Made by a program: the position numbers and the translations under genes
Source of the DNA: a virus
Taxonomy: Duplodnaviria; Caudoviricetes
Virus record (IMG/VR): IMGVR_UViG_3300030098_005088
Coordinates: 1 to 53,806 of that record
Reading direction: 5' to 3' (one strand)
Length of the DNA: 53,806 bases
Shown here: positions 17,458 through 27,742 of the stretch, one piece after another
Layout of the letters: each line of letters begins with the position of its first letter
Numbering within the stretch: the stretch's first letter is position 1
Notes under the pieces: model-generated
The model's database searches: none
Seen by the model: only the letters and a program-made list of their open reading frames with translations
Told to the model about the DNA's origin: nothing

Positions 17458-19041
17458 ATGCCATTATTAAATACACCTATAAAAGATAAATACAAAGATT
17501 TGCTATCAATAGATAATAGCAATACAGGAGCAACAGGATTAACTGGAGGTGCTGCTAAATATATTGAAGATGGAGATGGCACTAATTTTAATTTATCTGT
17601 TGGGCAAACTAAAATAGGTGTGGGTACTGAATCTCCTTTATATGATTTTGATGTTGTTGGTACAGGAACAACTCTTAGGGTAAAATCAGGCTCTTATGCT
17701 AGATTAAGATTAGAATCAATTGTATCTAATGATACTCAAATATATTTCGATGTATCAGGCTCTACTCATGGAAAACTAGAATTTAATAATAGTTCAACAG
17801 ATACAAATAGGTATTTTATGTTTGACACAGGAGTTACAGAAAGGTCATATTTAAAAGGAGATATGCTTGGGCTTGGAGCTATCTCTCCTGGATCAAATCT
17901 GTATATCTCGTCTACAAAAGATCCTATATCTGATTTAAATGACAATAAAGATTATCAAGTAATTGCATCTTCTTCAGAAACTACAACTGATAAGACAGTT
18001 GGAATAGGTTTTCAAGTAGATAGTGCTGCTGACAATGTTGGGGCTGCAATAATTCATCAAAGAAAAGGGAATAATAGTCAAGGTAGTCTTTATGTATACA
18101 CTAAGACAAGTAATATAGTTAATGCAAATCCTGCAAGAATGATGGCATTTGAATCAACAGGTAAAATTTCTATATCTCCTTATGGTACTATTTCTACAGC
18201 TGCTACAAGTGCATTGCATTTATATCAACCTAATAATAATGCAGACGGAGGAATGGCTATAACATCTTCTGGTTCAAAAACTATAATGTTGTACGGAGAT
18301 GGAACATCTACTACAATCAAGTCAGGTGGAAATTATGATTTAAAATTATTAAGAGATTCTGATACTAATAATATAGTATTAGGTTCTTCTGGAGTAGGTA
18401 TTTATACTACTAGCCCTACTGCTGCTTTAGATGTAACAGGGAATGTAAAATTTAGTGGTAATTTATTAGCAAGTGACGGCAATTTCTATTATAATGGAAC
18501 TGCAAACACTCTTAGTATAGGATTAGGAGCGGGGGCTGCTAATGGAACTTTAGATATAAAAGACGACACTGCAATTATTCGCATGGAAAGCTCAAATACT
18601 GGTTCTGTTATAGGTATGCTTGATTATAAGCTCGGGGGAGTAACTGGAGATTTTCGTACACAAGTTCGAAATAACTCTAATTCTCAGGTATTTACATCTA
18701 CTTATCATCATGAAAATGGAGATGCAACTCAGCGTGAATTAAAAGTTGCTATAGGAAATAGTGCTGCAATAAATCAATGGCATAGTAAAGATTATTTATT
18801 CTTTAATTTCAATAGCTATCTTAATCAGGATAGAGAAGATTTAATTCCTAATGGAGCTAACGATAATGCTAGGGGAGTATTTATTGCTAACGGAGGTCTT
18901 GGTATATATGAAAGAGGTACTATTCCTACTGGAACTCCAGCGGCACTTAATGGATTTGGTTTTATATGGGTAGATTCAGCTACTAAAAAGTTAAAGTATA
19001 GAAGACCTGATGGAACTACAGAAACAATAACATCAACATAA
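17458..19041 (+). CDS. Tail fibre / receptor-binding protein
   Basis: Repeated (I/V/L)G(I/V/L)xTxxP...L(D/H)(V/I) units such as IGVGTESPLYDFDV and VGIYTTSPTAALDV; G/S/T/N rich. Confidence 0.75.
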   Translation: MPLLNTPIKDKYKDLLSIDNSNTGATGLTGGAAKYIEDGDGTNFNLSVGQTKIGVGTESPLYDFDVVGTGTTLRVKSGSYARLRLESIVSNDTQIYFDVSGSTHGKLEFNNSSTDTNRYFMFDTGVTERSYLKGDMLGLGAISPGSNLYISSTKDPISDLNDNKDYQVIASSSETTTDKTVGIGFQVDSAADNVGAAIIHQRKGNNSQGSLYVYTKTSNIVNANPARMMAFESTGKISISPYGTISTAATSALHLYQPNNNADGGMAITSSGSKTIMLYGDGTSTTIKSGGNYDLKLLRDSDTNNIVLGSSGVGIYTTSPTAALDVTGNVKFSGNLLASDGNFYYNGTANTLSIGLGAGAANGTLDIKDDTAIIRMESSNTGSVIGMLDYKLGGVTGDFRTQVRNNSNSQVFTSTYHHENGDATQRELKVAIGNSAAINQWHSKDYLFFNFNSYLNQDREDLIPNGANDNARGVFIANGGLGIYERGTIPTGTPAALNGFGFIWVDSATKKLKYRRPDGTTETITST

Positions 19042-19057
19042 TATAAAAGGAGAGAGA

Positions 19058-19237
19058 ATGAAAGATTTTAAAAAAACAATAGAGGACCTAAAGAATCAGT
19101 TAAAACAGTATGAGATTCTTTATTTTAAAGCACAAGGAGCTTTAGAGGTCTTAGAACAAATGGATAAAAAGGAGGAAAAAGATGACTCACAAGGAGATAA
19201 TGGAAAGAGCTCAAATAGTAGCACCAGGAAAGTATAG
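19058..19237 (+). CDS. Small coiled-coil protein (59 aa, ...KAQGALEVLEQM...), possible fibre chaperone
   Basis: Manual translation; AGGAG SD; follows the fibre gene. Confidence 0.6.
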   Translation: MKDFKKTIEDLKNQLKQYEILYFKAQGALEVLEQMDKKEEKDDSQGDNGKSSNSSTRKV

Positions 19238-19466
19238 GCAATTAATACAAGAATTCTTTTCTGATTTTCAAGATGCTATGCCTCCTAATACTTCATATAG
19301 ATCTAGTAAGCAGACTATAACAGCTAATAAAAGATTTTATGATATAGATGATGTGCATAAACTTCAAGGGGTATTTGTAAAGAATCATAAAAATACTGAA
19401 GGAGAGTTTAGAGCTATTCCACGATTATTGAATGAGCCTAGTACTCCAGATGAGGATAATGCATAA
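19182..19466 (+). CDS. Hypothetical virion (connector-like) protein
   Basis: AGGAGG SD; position. Confidence 0.6.
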   Translation: MTHKEIMERAQIVAPGKYRQLIQEFFSDFQDAMPPNTSYRSSKQTITANKRFYDIDDVHKLQGVFVKNHKNTEGEFRAIPRLLNEPSTPDEDNA

Positions 19467-19846
19467 TGAATGAATACGCATATTATATTAAAGATAATAG
19501 TACTTATGCCATAGTAAAATGGGATGAATCTAATGGTAGATGGATATCTCCCAATAAAACTGAAGTAGATAGTCTATACTTCGAATATACAAAAGAGGTT
19601 GATTTATTGGTTTCTATGGTTACTCCATCTTTTGCAACAGCATTGATGGCTACAGAAACTGGATTACATCCAAATGTAGAAAATGCTTTAGTATATTATA
19701 TTAAAGCTAAAGAATTTGAAAGAAATGGTGATTTAAAAGCTAGAGAGTATTTTATGAGGCTGGTTAGAAGACAAATTGGCAAGTACAGCAGGTTGTCTAA
19801 AGGCAGTGTAGTTAAAATATCTTCAGGCAAACATGCAATTAGATAA
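19466..19846 (+). CDS. Hypothetical virion (connector-like) protein
   Basis: TAATG coupling; LHPNVENALVYYIKAK helical motif resembling adaptor C-halves. Confidence 0.6.
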   Translation: MNEYAYYIKDNSTYAIVKWDESNGRWISPNKTEVDSLYFEYTKEVDLLVSMVTPSFATALMATETGLHPNVENALVYYIKAKEFERNGDLKAREYFMRLVRRQIGKYSRLSKGSVVKISSGKHAIR

Positions 19847-19859
19847 AGGAGAATAAGTA

Positions 19860-20228
19860 ATGAGTTACTTAAAAAACAAACATAGAGGCCTCAGGGAGTA
19901 TTCAGGAGAAGCAGCAGGAAATGCAACGTTAGGGCAAGGCGGTGTAGATGTAGTAGAGCCTGCTAACGGTGTTGCTGGTAGTGCTGAGTGCGGTGCAGGA
20001 AATTTTGCTGATGTTAAGCAGTGGGTTGGACTTACAGTATGCTGTCTAGCTGCAACCACTGAAGTTGCAATAACAGTTGAGTTTAACAAAGGAAGCAAAG
20101 TAGCAGAAGATGGAGCAAGAACAGATGTTACTTTAAATGTACATGCTGCGCAGACAATTTATGCGCCTATACATAAAATATCCTTCACAGGTATTACTGG
20201 ACTTAAAGTTTTATTATTAAGAGGTTAA
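19860..20228 (+). CDS. Hypothetical virion protein
   Basis: AGGAG SD; beta-rich. Confidence 0.65.
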   Translation: MSYLKNKHRGLREYSGEAAGNATLGQGGVDVVEPANGVAGSAECGAGNFADVKQWVGLTVCCLAATTEVAITVEFNKGSKVAEDGARTDVTLNVHAAQTIYAPIHKISFTGITGLKVLLLRG

Positions 20229-20255
20229 ATTAAAATAACATAAAGGAGACAGAAA

Positions 20256-20747
20256 ATGTCAGATTCAAAACCTTCAATCCTCAGCTTAACTGAAGAGGAT
20301 TATCACACAACTGGCAATTATGTTGCTGGTGACGAGCCTGCTGCTAAAGTTAGCGGAAAGTCTTATGGTGCTAGAGGGCATAGTAAGAAAATAGCAGCTG
20401 CAAATAAGCTAAAAGAAGCAGAAAGACTCGCGAAAGAAAGAGAAAAAGAGAGAGAAAAAGATCAGAAGAAAGCTGCACCTACTTTTAATGAATGGATAGA
20501 GGTTCAAAGTAAAGGTAAATTTAAAGGCCCACATGAAGCATTAACAGCTTATCAACTGGAGTTTGGAGATATTATACCAGGCGCAGGTTTAGGTGGCGGT
20601 GGAAGCGAAGGCAAAGCAGGTTCAGGCTCTGGTGGGGGCGGTCTCGCAGACCAAGCTGGAAGTGGAACTGGAAAATTTTCTAAATTATCCGAACATGTTC
20701 AAAGCATGAAGCCTAAAAATCAAGCTAATAAAGAAAAAAAGAGTTAA
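20256..20747 (+). CDS. Hypothetical low-complexity protein
   Basis: AGGAG SD; charged helix and Gly-rich tract. Confidence 0.65.
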   Translation: MSDSKPSILSLTEEDYHTTGNYVAGDEPAAKVSGKSYGARGHSKKIAAANKLKEAERLAKEREKEREKDQKKAAPTFNEWIEVQSKGKFKGPHEALTAYQLEFGDIIPGAGLGGGGSEGKAGSGSGGGGLADQAGSGTGKFSKLSEHVQSMKPKNQANKEKKS

Positions 20748-20784
20748 GAAGTTATTAATTCATCATTAAAAGGGGGAGAGACTC

Positions 20785-21564
20785 ATGAGTAAGATGAAGT
20801 TATCAAAACGAGCAATTGTAACACCAGATAAGCATTTTCCAGAGCATGACGCTCCAGCTATAAAAGCACTGTGTCAAGCTATAGAATTGGTGAAACCAGA
20901 AATATATGTAGATTTAGGCGATGTTGGAGAATGGCATGCTTTTTCTGCATGGAGGTTTAAAAGGAAGAAAGCTCCACCATTGGAATATCTTATCGATGAT
21001 TTTGATAAAGATGTAAAAGATGTAAACGCAGGAATGGATATAATAGATGAAGCATTGGATAAAGCAAATTGCAAAAAGAAATATATTACAGAAGGCAACC
21101 ATGACAATTGGCTTAACTATGCTGTCGAAAAATACCCTTACATTCCTCAGTATAAATTCAAGAACGCTGTACGATTATCTGAGAGGGGTTATACATATTA
21201 TCCGTTCGGTAAACATCTAAAAATTGGTAAGCTTTATTTTTACCATGGACATCAATATGGAGGTCAATACCATACTTCGAATCATTTAAGAAAACTTGGA
21301 TGTAATGTTATGTATGGGCATTGGCATGATCTTCAACAAATGTCTGCTACTCACATGGATGGACCTAAGTCTGCTTGGAGTATAGGATGTTTAAAAGATA
21401 TGTCAGGAGAGAAGAATAAATGGTTAGACTATAGAAGAATTAATTGGGCACATGCTTTTGCTATAGTTGATTTTTATGATAAAGGAAGATTTACTGTAGA
21501 TGTAGTCCAAATAATAGATGGAGTTTGTTATGTCTGGGGAGAGAGGCTAAATGGCAATAAATAA
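20785..21564 (+). CDS. Calcineurin-like metallophosphoesterase
   Basis: DKH, DLGD, EGNHD, HGH and GHWH motifs in canonical order. Confidence 0.9.
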   Translation: MSKMKLSKRAIVTPDKHFPEHDAPAIKALCQAIELVKPEIYVDLGDVGEWHAFSAWRFKRKKAPPLEYLIDDFDKDVKDVNAGMDIIDEALDKANCKKKYITEGNHDNWLNYAVEKYPYIPQYKFKNAVRLSERGYTYYPFGKHLKIGKLYFYHGHQYGGQYHTSNHLRKLGCNVMYGHWHDLQQMSATHMDGPKSAWSIGCLKDMSGEKNKWLDYRRINWAHAFAIVDFYDKGRFTVDVVQIIDGVCYVWGERLNGNK

Positions 21565-21572
21565 GGTATTTA

Positions 21573-21935
21573 ATGGAAGAACAATTAGAAATACTTATAG
21601 GAAAATATGGTTGGCTTTTAGCGACTGGATTTATATTCCTTTTAGCAAGACAGACAATAGAATCTGCAATAGAGGCATTAAAAGTATTTTTAGGAAACGA
21701 CCTTAATACAGATGATGTCATAATCTTTGACGAAAGACCTGCTAGAGTAGTTAGGGTAGGATTATGGAAAACAATCTTATTCGTCTATGAAGTAGGATGC
21801 ATAAATGGCAAAGCATTCGTTAAAGGAGGAAATAAGGTTGCCATACAAAATGATAAACTAAAGGACCATTTAATAGAAAAGCCTCTTCCGATGCTAGATT
21901 TAAAAAAATGGGACGATTGTAAAGAGGAGAAATAA
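21573..21935 (+). CDS. Membrane protein with MscS-like beta domain (possible lysis component)
   Basis: N-terminal TM then DDVIIFDERPARVVRVGLWKT. Confidence 0.55.
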   Translation: MEEQLEILIGKYGWLLATGFIFLLARQTIESAIEALKVFLGNDLNTDDVIIFDERPARVVRVGLWKTILFVYEVGCINGKAFVKGGNKVAIQNDKLKDHLIEKPLPMLDLKKWDDCKEEK

Positions 21936-22111
21936 TGAATGATACACTCAAAGTATTAAGCACTCATCCTGAAGTAGGCATTATATCTAGTTTTGGCACT
22001 GGATTCTTTGCTATATTTAACGTCTTAAATCCTATATTAACGGCGATATCTTTAATAATAGGTATCTCGATAGGGGTGATGACATTATATGCTAAAATAA
22101 GGGGTAAATAA
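21935..22111 (+). CDS. Small two-TM protein, holin candidate (58 aa)
   Basis: Manual translation MNDTLKVLSTHPEVGIISSFGTGFFAIFNVLNPILTAISLIIGISIGVMTLYAKIRGK; TAATG overlaps on both sides. Confidence 0.6.
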   Translation: MNDTLKVLSTHPEVGIISSFGTGFFAIFNVLNPILTAISLIIGISIGVMTLYAKIRGK

Positions 22112-22320
22112 TGATTCAAGCATTAATTATTAAAACAGTTATAGGAAAAGTCATGGAGGCTATAGAGAAAGCTGATGATAAAAGAATAGCTAGAAGCCAT
22201 GATAAAAGAATAAAAGCTTTAGAGAAAATAGCTCATAAACCATCTGACTGGGTGTGTTTAGAGTGCGGATGTAAAGCTAAGAAATCAGTTAAAGTTAAAA
22301 AGAAAAGGAGAAGTAAATGA
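22111..22320 (+). CDS. Small hypothetical protein
   Basis: Coupled start; CLECGC motif, basic tail. Confidence 0.6.
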   Translation: MIQALIIKTVIGKVMEAIEKADDKRIARSHDKRIKALEKIAHKPSDWVCLECGCKAKKSVKVKKKRRSK

Positions 22321-22505
22321 ACGGATCTATTAAGGAAATGATAGTAGGATATATATTTAATGATGAGATGGAAGAAAAGATTATCAAAGCATTAAATGAC
22401 AATATAGATATTCCTATTATATCTGAGAAAACAGAGGAAAAGATTTTAAAAGCTGTTTATAGCTCTGTAGAAGAAGTTATTAAAGACGCTATAATGAAAG
22501 ATTAA
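22317..22505 (+). CDS. Small hypothetical protein
   Basis: AGGAG SD; ATGA overlap; LNDNIDIPIISEKTEEKIL. Confidence 0.65.
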   Translation: MNGSIKEMIVGYIFNDEMEEKIIKALNDNIDIPIISEKTEEKILKAVYSSVEEVIKDAIMKD

Positions 22506-24904
22506 TGCCTAAAAAGACTTATATAATCAATCAATTTCATGGGGGCTCAATAGGAGCTAGAAATAAAAGTGATTTAAAACCAGAAGAACATATGATTCTG
22601 GAAAATATAGATTTACATAGGACAGGAGCGGCAATTATATCTACTAGATTTAAAGGCAATAATGTCCCTTGGCACAATTCTTCTCATCCTCTTAGCATGG
22701 CTAAACATGGAAGAGGGTTTTTTATAGGGTTTGCAGATATAGACCCTTATGAGGGGAAGCCAGGAAAATATGAGGTAATGTTATTTGAAAATGGTTCTCA
22801 TGTAGAGATATATATTTTAAATGCTGAGGCCCAAACAGCTTTCGCATCAACAGATTCAGCTCATACAGGTTGGTTTAAAACTGGTAATCCATTTGGAACA
22901 GATTCAATAGGAACAGGTCCTTTTGATATGATAAAGGTGGAGAATCAATACTTCGTTTCTTCTTGTGATCATTCTGCTCCAGGAACTGCTGTAATGTTTG
23001 AAATTGTAAGGGAAAATAGGTTTAGTAATACTAGCATAGATGGAGTTAGAGCTATAAAAGGCTACAGGGAGTTAACTCATTATACATATACTGGTATGGC
23101 TCAACTTAATACTGGTAATTGTTTAGATATTCTTATTGGAGGCAGTGGAACAAGCCCCTCTGACCATCGCCAACAAATTGTATGGGATGTTAATTTCGGT
23201 AGCGCAGGAAGTGGTAGTTGGAATATAAATGTAGATACTGACGGAGGAGGAACTAGGGATAGTTATGTAAAGCTTTATGCAACAATATTATACACTAATG
23301 ACGCTGAGTCTTATCCTGTATATATGAGGTCTATGGATATGACTGCTGGCGGTCATGACGGGGCTGGTAATGGATATGATGGCTCTGGTTCTAGTGGTAG
23401 TGCTTTTGGCGCAATTGGAGCAAGAGAATTAGTAAAACTTCAAATACACTGCTGGATGTCATGTCAGTATTCAGGGACTCCAGAAGGACCAATATATGGA
23501 TGGCACCCAGATCAAAGTGTTTTAGGTAATAGAACTGCTACAGCAAAAGGGACAGTACTATATTATAGCACAGTTAACAACGCTACTGGAGAAGAAACAG
23601 AAATGGTTAGATTAGCTGTAGCTGATGCCAATTTAGGGGTAAAAGTTGATACTGATACAGATTTCACTCCTTGGACTAATGCATCTACAGGACATGGTCA
23701 TAATAATGTAGGTATACAACAAGAAGTAGAATCTTTAGAACCACCTCTTTTAAACACTTACGAAATAGTACATGGCTTTAGATTAGAAGATGTATATAAT
23801 TACAATAGTGCTGACCCTTATTTAACTTTAAATAAGTCGATAATGTGGAAATGCAGCACAGTTGCAAATGGAAGATTATTTGTAGGGAATGTTCAATACG
23901 ATGGTAAAAACTACCCTGATAGAGTATATAAAAGTGCATTATTTGAATATGGTATGTTTCCAAAGCAAAATTACTTAGAAGTTGTCCCAGCAGATGGTGA
24001 TGAGATAATCAATATAGAAACACTTGGAGATTCATTATTAGTATTTAAAGAGCAGACTATGTATCTTATAAGTACAGCTAAAGAAATAGAAGTCTTGCAA
24101 AATGAATATCCTGGCATGGGATGTTCTTCATGGGGAGCAGTTTGCAAATTTGAAAAAGGAATAGCTTGGGCTAATAGAACAGGGTTATATGTTTTTGATG
24201 GAGAATCTGTTACTAACTTAATAGAAGGTAAATTAGAAGTTCAAGATGGTTCTTTTGGAGGAGATAATCAGTTTGGATATTGGCAGATATCGCCAAAAGA
24301 TGTTAGTCTTGGATATAATGCAGATAGACAAACTCTGATTGTAAAAATTGCTAATGTAGGAGATCCTGAACCTAGGCATTTAATACATTATTGCTTAAGA
24401 GGAGGAGGTTTTACTAGAACTAGACTTGGGGTAGAATACACAGCTACCACATATTCTAATTTTCAGCTTAACAGCAATAGAGTATTACAAATAGCAACGC
24501 CTGGAGCTGCAGGTAATCGGTCTGGAACTTCTATAAAGACTTTAACAGGAAGTTCTGTTATGTCTGTATTTACTCATGAGACTAATTTTGGAGACCCTTC
24601 ATCTTTAAAAAATATAAGCAAACTTTATGCAAATTGGGGAGCAACAACCGCAACAGGTGTTATGGATTTAGATATTTCTATTAGTTTTGATGGAGGTAAT
24701 AGTTATAACAATGTTGAGTCCAACATAGTTTTATATAGCGCAAGTGCTTCTAGCACAGTAGAATGGAGTAATGACCTGCCTTTAATTTCACCAAGCATAA
24801 AAAGAGGGGTAAAAACCTGCATAGTTAAGTTGCAAGGGACTGTCCCAGGGGACTTTAGATTAGAGGATATAACAATAGTTTATAGAGAATTAGGTAAGAG
24901 ATAA
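22505..24904 (+). CDS. Tail tubular / stabilisation protein (P22 gp10 / T7 gp12-like beta-propeller)
   Basis: N-terminal INQFHGG, NGRLFVGN, DGDEI...LLVFKE, GLYVFDG, C-terminal FRLEDITIVYR. Confidence 0.75.
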   Translation: MPKKTYIINQFHGGSIGARNKSDLKPEEHMILENIDLHRTGAAIISTRFKGNNVPWHNSSHPLSMAKHGRGFFIGFADIDPYEGKPGKYEVMLFENGSHVEIYILNAEAQTAFASTDSAHTGWFKTGNPFGTDSIGTGPFDMIKVENQYFVSSCDHSAPGTAVMFEIVRENRFSNTSIDGVRAIKGYRELTHYTYTGMAQLNTGNCLDILIGGSGTSPSDHRQQIVWDVNFGSAGSGSWNINVDTDGGGTRDSYVKLYATILYTNDAESYPVYMRSMDMTAGGHDGAGNGYDGSGSSGSAFGAIGARELVKLQIHCWMSCQYSGTPEGPIYGWHPDQSVLGNRTATAKGTVLYYSTVNNATGEETEMVRLAVADANLGVKVDTDTDFTPWTNASTGHGHNNVGIQQEVESLEPPLLNTYEIVHGFRLEDVYNYNSADPYLTLNKSIMWKCSTVANGRLFVGNVQYDGKNYPDRVYKSALFEYGMFPKQNYLEVVPADGDEIINIETLGDSLLVFKEQTMYLISTAKEIEVLQNEYPGMGCSSWGAVCKFEKGIAWANRTGLYVFDGESVTNLIEGKLEVQDGSFGGDNQFGYWQISPKDVSLGYNADRQTLIVKIANVGDPEPRHLIHYCLRGGGFTRTRLGVEYTATTYSNFQLNSNRVLQIATPGAAGNRSGTSIKTLTGSSVMSVFTHETNFGDPSSLKNISKLYANWGATTATGVMDLDISISFDGGNSYNNVESNIVLYSASASSTVEWSNDLPLISPSIKRGVKTCIVKLQGTVPGDFRLEDITIVYRELGKR

Positions 24905-25398
24905 TGAGAATCCATGATGATATAAAAAGATTAAAAATATCAGACCCTGTTAAAGTGGTAAAGCGTATTCCTTTAAATGCAGATGGACAGAGTGGAGATA
25001 TGAGATTATTACAAACTTCAAAAAAAGAAGAATTATACTTGAAAGTTAGAAATAAATGGTTTAAATTACCCGTGGAGGAAGTCCGCAGAAATAAAGAAGT
25101 TGTTGAAGTTAAAAGTAAGATGATTGAGGGCATAGTTCCAGCTGCAGGTAAAGATGTATTTTTAAATAAAAAAGAATTTCCTCAAGGAAGTGTTCTTGCA
25201 GTATTCTTAACATTTAGAAGCAAGGATACAGCTTCAGACAAAGATATGTGGGCTATTCCAGATATAAGGTCTTCTGGTAGCTCTAGTAGGTCAGTAGAAT
25301 CTTATTACGATGATGTAAAGCATTCTATTTACTTTGATGCAACAGGCTCTTTTACTAGAGGAAAAAAATTTAGAGCAATAATATTTTATAAACAATAG
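24904..25398 (+). CDS. Hypothetical tail-associated protein
   Basis: TAATG coupling; GQSGDMRL...LYLKVRNKW. Confidence 0.65.
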   Translation: MRIHDDIKRLKISDPVKVVKRIPLNADGQSGDMRLLQTSKKEELYLKVRNKWFKLPVEEVRRNKEVVEVKSKMIEGIVPAAGKDVFLNKKEFPQGSVLAVFLTFRSKDTASDKDMWAIPDIRSSGSSSRSVESYYDDVKHSIYFDATGSFTRGKKFRAIIFYKQ

Positions 25399-25406
25399 GA
25401 GATAAC

Positions 25407-26075
25407 ATGGCGAATTGGGCAAGTGCTAAATTAGCTGTAGACGTTTCAAAAGAAACAACCAGAGAAAAAAGAGAATACCAAGAAGCTATGGCTGAACGAG
25501 CTAGGCAGTCTCAAAGACAAGGACTATTTGGTTCTTTACTAGGTTTTTTAGGTGGAGCTTTTTTTGGACCATTAGGTTATCTTTTTGGTAATATGATAGG
25601 AACGGAAGCATATGATGCATATGATAATGCAGAAGATGCTTTTATAGGAATGGGTGGTAAGTTCAATCAAGCAGAAGCTGAACAACTAAATAGAAGTCTA
25701 AGTGATTATGATGACAAAGAGGACACTGATAAGTTATGGGGTTATGCTACTACAGCATTAACTTCTTACGCTATGTCTGGAGGTGATGATTGGACTAGTT
25801 TTGGTAAAGGCGAAGATGCTGCTAAAGGTTGGTTTACGGGAGGAAAAGAACAGGCTAAAGCGGCAGATCGAAATTTCTTTTCACATTTTGCTAAAAACCC
25901 TTCATTCTACAAATCAGTTACTGGAGGAGCAGGTGCAAATTGGGCAGCTCAAAACACGTTAGAAGTGCTTAAAACATTGAACTACTTTGATGATGAAGCT
26001 AAATGTATTGAGGGTGGTGGAACTTGGGATGCTGGAATGTCTACATGTTATAACGATGAAGAAGAAAAAAAATAG
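25407..26075 (+). CDS. Putative ejection / pilot protein
   Basis: Gly-rich hydrophobic segment GLFGSLLGFLGGAFFGPLGYLFG; position after the tail hub gene. Confidence 0.6.
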   Translation: MANWASAKLAVDVSKETTREKREYQEAMAERARQSQRQGLFGSLLGFLGGAFFGPLGYLFGNMIGTEAYDAYDNAEDAFIGMGGKFNQAEAEQLNRSLSDYDDKEDTDKLWGYATTALTSYAMSGGDDWTSFGKGEDAAKGWFTGGKEQAKAADRNFFSHFAKNPSFYKSVTGGAGANWAAQNTLEVLKTLNYFDDEAKCIEGGGTWDAGMSTCYNDEEEKK

Positions 26076-26088
26076 TTAAGGATTAAAT

Positions 26089-26841
26089 ATGCCAGATAAT
26101 CAATCATATACAGCTTCAGAGCTGTTTAATGTATACACAGACCTAGCATCAGGCAATCAAGGCAGTTTTGCAGGATGGCTTGGTGTTGAAATGGGTTATG
26201 ATGGGAGTAGTGCTGATTTTAATGATAATTACGGCTCTTTTATCACTCAATTTGATCCTGATTTAGGTCTAAATACAGCTCTTCAGGAATACTATAATGC
26301 AACAGGAATAGATATTACAGGAATGTCTGCATTTGACAGAACAGAACTTTTAAATGGTATAAAATTTTCTCCAGATTCAGGTCAAGGAGGCATAATAGAT
26401 GCACTGTCTGTTCAGCTTGATCCAGGTAATATGGGGTCTATTAGAGATGAATATATCATAGCAGACAAAGAAGCTAAAAATGAATTTGACCAACAGGTAG
26501 CAAATACAAGAAATGAATATAAAGGCGCTTCTATAGATATAACAAATCAAAGAGCACAAGCTTCAGGTAGTACTGGAGGAGGCGGTGTTATGAAGAGTGG
26601 AGTTGGTAAAAGGCAGGTAGTTGACAATATATCTGCAGGAAATAAAATTGGCTCTACATTAACTGAAGCTCTTGAGGTAAGCAGAGAAGAAGCAGTAACA
26701 ACTATGGGAGCAGAACTAGAGTCTGCAAATCTTCAATTAAGAAATGCTGTTGGTACTCAAATTCAAGGTTGGTACAACAATGTAATGCAAGGGATAGATG
26801 CCTTGGCAAATGAAAATATATGGGGGGAGGATGACGGATAA
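26089..26841 (+). CDS. Putative internal virion protein
   Basis: Helical, acidic; lies in the ejection-protein block. Confidence 0.55.
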   Translation: MPDNQSYTASELFNVYTDLASGNQGSFAGWLGVEMGYDGSSADFNDNYGSFITQFDPDLGLNTALQEYYNATGIDITGMSAFDRTELLNGIKFSPDSGQGGIIDALSVQLDPGNMGSIRDEYIIADKEAKNEFDQQVANTRNEYKGASIDITNQRAQASGSTGGGGVMKSGVGKRQVVDNISAGNKIGSTLTEALEVSREEAVTTMGAELESANLQLRNAVGTQIQGWYNNVMQGIDALANENIWGEDDG

Positions 26842-27692
26842 TGCCTGATCAACAGCCTAATACAGCTTTTGAATATTGGAACATGGCGACCACAGATTGG
26901 GAGAATTATTTATTAAATATTGCTTCTGACTTTGGAGGGTATAGTAATTTTATAGAAGATTACGGCATGTATATGGGTGCTCCAGATGATTATTTGTTTA
27001 ACCTATATAATGAGAAGATGCTTAATACTTATGAGACCTTAAATGAAAAGAAAGCTACTAATTTAAAGAAAATAGATATTAAAGATAGAGCTGATTTGCG
27101 TTCAGCTAGAGAGTCCTATAAAAATACTATGAAAAAAGTAGACACTCAGTTATCTAAGTTGGGCATTAAAAGTGGAGTTGCTGATAGGGTTGTTCAGGAT
27201 ACTACAAAATACAATGTAGAGAAAACACAAAGAACTAAAAATAAAAGAGATGTTGAAGTCAGGCAAGCTGAGGATGCATATAGAAAAGATTTTAAGAAAG
27301 CACAAATAACAAGGACAAAGGGACAATCTAAAGAAGTTGAAAGATGGTTCAGTTCTGCAATGGATGATGTCTCTAGATTAGCACAAGTTGGTGCCTTTTC
27401 TGATTTCCCTAATGCTCAAGATAACCCTATGATAACATTTGAAGATATGATTCAAAATGAAGCGTTTTATGAAGCATGGGGTGCTTGCGCTCCTCCTTGT
27501 CAACCTAGTTATTCAGGTTCTGGACCTAATGTACAGGTCACATGTACTTGTCCTGACTCTGGAGGTGGAGGAGGCGGCGGCGGTGGCACTGGCGGCTGGG
27601 TTCCTGGATGTAGTCATATAATTACTGGACAATGTATAGAATGTCCATCGAGTTCTTGCATTAATAGTTGCGGATCATGTAATGCAGCTTAA
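26841..27692 (+). CDS. Putative internal virion protein with Cys-rich tail; probable paralog of the previous gene
   Basis: TAATG coupling; similar architecture; 11 Cys in the last ~70 aa. Confidence 0.55.
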   Translation: MPDQQPNTAFEYWNMATTDWENYLLNIASDFGGYSNFIEDYGMYMGAPDDYLFNLYNEKMLNTYETLNEKKATNLKKIDIKDRADLRSARESYKNTMKKVDTQLSKLGIKSGVADRVVQDTTKYNVEKTQRTKNKRDVEVRQAEDAYRKDFKKAQITRTKGQSKEVERWFSSAMDDVSRLAQVGAFSDFPNAQDNPMITFEDMIQNEAFYEAWGACAPPCQPSYSGSGPNVQVTCTCPDSGGGGGGGGGTGGWVPGCSHIITGQCIECPSSSCINSCGSCNAA

Positions 27693-27742
27693 TATAATGA
27701 TGGGTGCTAATTCTAATATGAAAATAACTTTAAGGAGAAACA

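Noticed and set aside
27561-27600. GGN triplet repeat tract
   Set aside because: Simply encodes a poly-Gly linker, not an independent repeat element
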